A stretch of 62,029 nt of DNA, filler included, from Choristocarpus tenellus KU-1152 (Eukaryota > Protista > Phaeophyceae): the NCBI GenBank assembly GCA_964200185.2. It is 10 parts of 10 records of this genome, joined end to end, with 100 filler letters (N's around TTAATTAATTAA, not from the genome) between each part and the next. Parts side by side here need not be neighbours in the genome. Positions count along the whole stretch, not along the records: positions 56,637 to 62,029 come from CAXNAD020010934.1; 9 more parts are not named here. One strand, given 5' to 3'. The first letter of the stretch is position 1, and the number at the start of each line of letters is the position of its first letter. The position numbers and the translations under genes are program-made. Under the pieces are notes generated by a model. The model worked only from the letters and a program-made list of their open reading frames with translations, was not told the origin of the DNA and made no database searches. Of the stretch, positions 60,945 to 62,029 are shown piece by piece.

Positions 60945-62003
60945 CACTGATCCCCTCCTAAGGTCCCAATTCTCTCCTGTCAAAATCATGCTCCTTCACA
61001 AGCTGCATCCAATCCTTGCCAAACATTCCACCATGCCAAGCCTTCCTTAATACTAAACTTCAATCCAAATTTCCTATTCCTCACTCAATTACAACTCCAC
61101 CCACCCTTTGCTCATGCTGCGGAATTCCAAAATCAATTCAACTCACACCGCATAAAATATACTTTGCCTTGCTGCTCCTACATCTCCATCCCTTCCTACT
61201 GTTACATATATCTCCTGCCAAACCCATGATCGTTCACATCCTGCATCCAATCCTCATCTCCTCTTCCCCCATCCCAGACCCTCCTTCACGATACACTCAA
61301 TCCACCTTTTCCATCACACACAGAGCCAAAATCTTCCGTCCATTCGCTCATGCTGCCCAAGTTCATTCTCCATTGCATTGCCACCTCATACAATCCGCCT
61401 TGCTTCTCCAACCTCTCCATTCTGTCCCATTGTCCCATACACATCCTGCCAAATTCATGCTCCTTCACATGCTGCACTCAATCCTCATCTCTTCTTCCCC
61501 CATACCATATCCTTCTTCATGACACGATACAATCCACTAATTTACATTCTACACAATATCACAATTCTTCCCTCCATTTCCTCATACTACCCATAATCCT
61601 TCTCCATTGCATTGTCACCTCGTATAATATGATTCGCTTTGCTGCTTCTACTCCTCCAATAACCTACTACAGTCCCCTTTCTCTCCTCCCCAACTCATGC
61701 TCCCTCTCATGTTGTATCCAACCCGCATGGTCACTTCCACCATCCCAGACACTCCTTACGCCGCAATTCAACACACATCGTCCATCCCACACTAAATCAC
61801 AATTCCGCTCTCCCTTCGCATATTTTGGGAAATTTCAAATCAACTCTCACCTTGTACAATATGCTTTGCCTTCCAGCACCTACCTCTCCATTCCCTCCCA
61901 CGGTCCCATACCTCGTCCGCTGAATTCATACTCCTTCATACGCTGCATCCATCTCCTCTTCCCCCATCACAGGCTCTTCTTCACGATACACTGAAATCCA
62001 CCA
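60945..62003. repeat. Diverged tandem array, ~231-240-bp unit, ~4.5 copies
   Basis: Anchor CAT(G/A)CTCCTTCA-like motif at 60987, 61225, 61456, 61696, 61927; strong C/T strand bias. Confidence 0.75.
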
Positions 62004-62006
62004 TAT

Positions 62007-62029
62007 GACCCAAAGTATCTGGGAGGGGG
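62007..62029. mobile_element. MITE family A terminus at window end
   Basis: GACCCAAAGTATCTGGGAGGGGG. Confidence 0.7.

Noticed and set aside
61016-61994. Long plus-strand His/Pro/Ser-rich ORFs
   Set aside because: By-product of the C/T-biased tandem array, which is poor in stop codons on this strand.
1-62029. Functional clustering of the genes across the window; tRNA/rRNA genes
   Set aside because: Contigs are artificially concatenated, so cross-contig neighbourhood is meaningless; no RNA gene was recognised by eye.

Overview
Eukaryotic draft-genome DNA, not one continuous locus. Ten contigs (1-8624, 8725-14390, 14491-17330, 17431-22584, 22685-28179, 28280-32038, 32139-43601, 43702-47913, 48014-56536, 56637-62029) are joined by artificial 100-bp N44-TTAATTAATTAA-N44 spacers, so adjacency across spacers has no biological meaning. 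The organism looks like a photosynthetic stramenopile, probably a brown alga or close relative (inference from short exons with long introns, a bipartite signal+'AF' plastid presequence, and TE motifs resembling brown-algal ones). Genes I could reconstruct by hand, mostly partial: a Cys-rich type-I membrane protein, an I9-inhibitor-domain protein with no following protease domain, a multi-KH vigilin-like protein, a WD40 protein, an HCF164-like plastid thioredoxin head-to-head with a TrhO/rhodanese protein that carries an extra PB1-like domain, and a large coiled-coil protein. The rest is decayed mobile DNA (Copia, RTE, CRE-like, hAT, Sola2-like, possible CxC5/KDZ, LTR-like units), a very abundant MITE family (14 copies or fragments, TIR ~GRGTCAAAGTATCT, 3-bp TSD) and many short interstitial (TTAGGG)n tracts. 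No single clear-cut new system is visible. The best leads are the PB1-TrhO fusion, the orphan I9 fusion, the MITE family, and a telomeric tract that replaces one arm of a MITE hairpin. All family assignments are motif recognition by eye; no searches were run.
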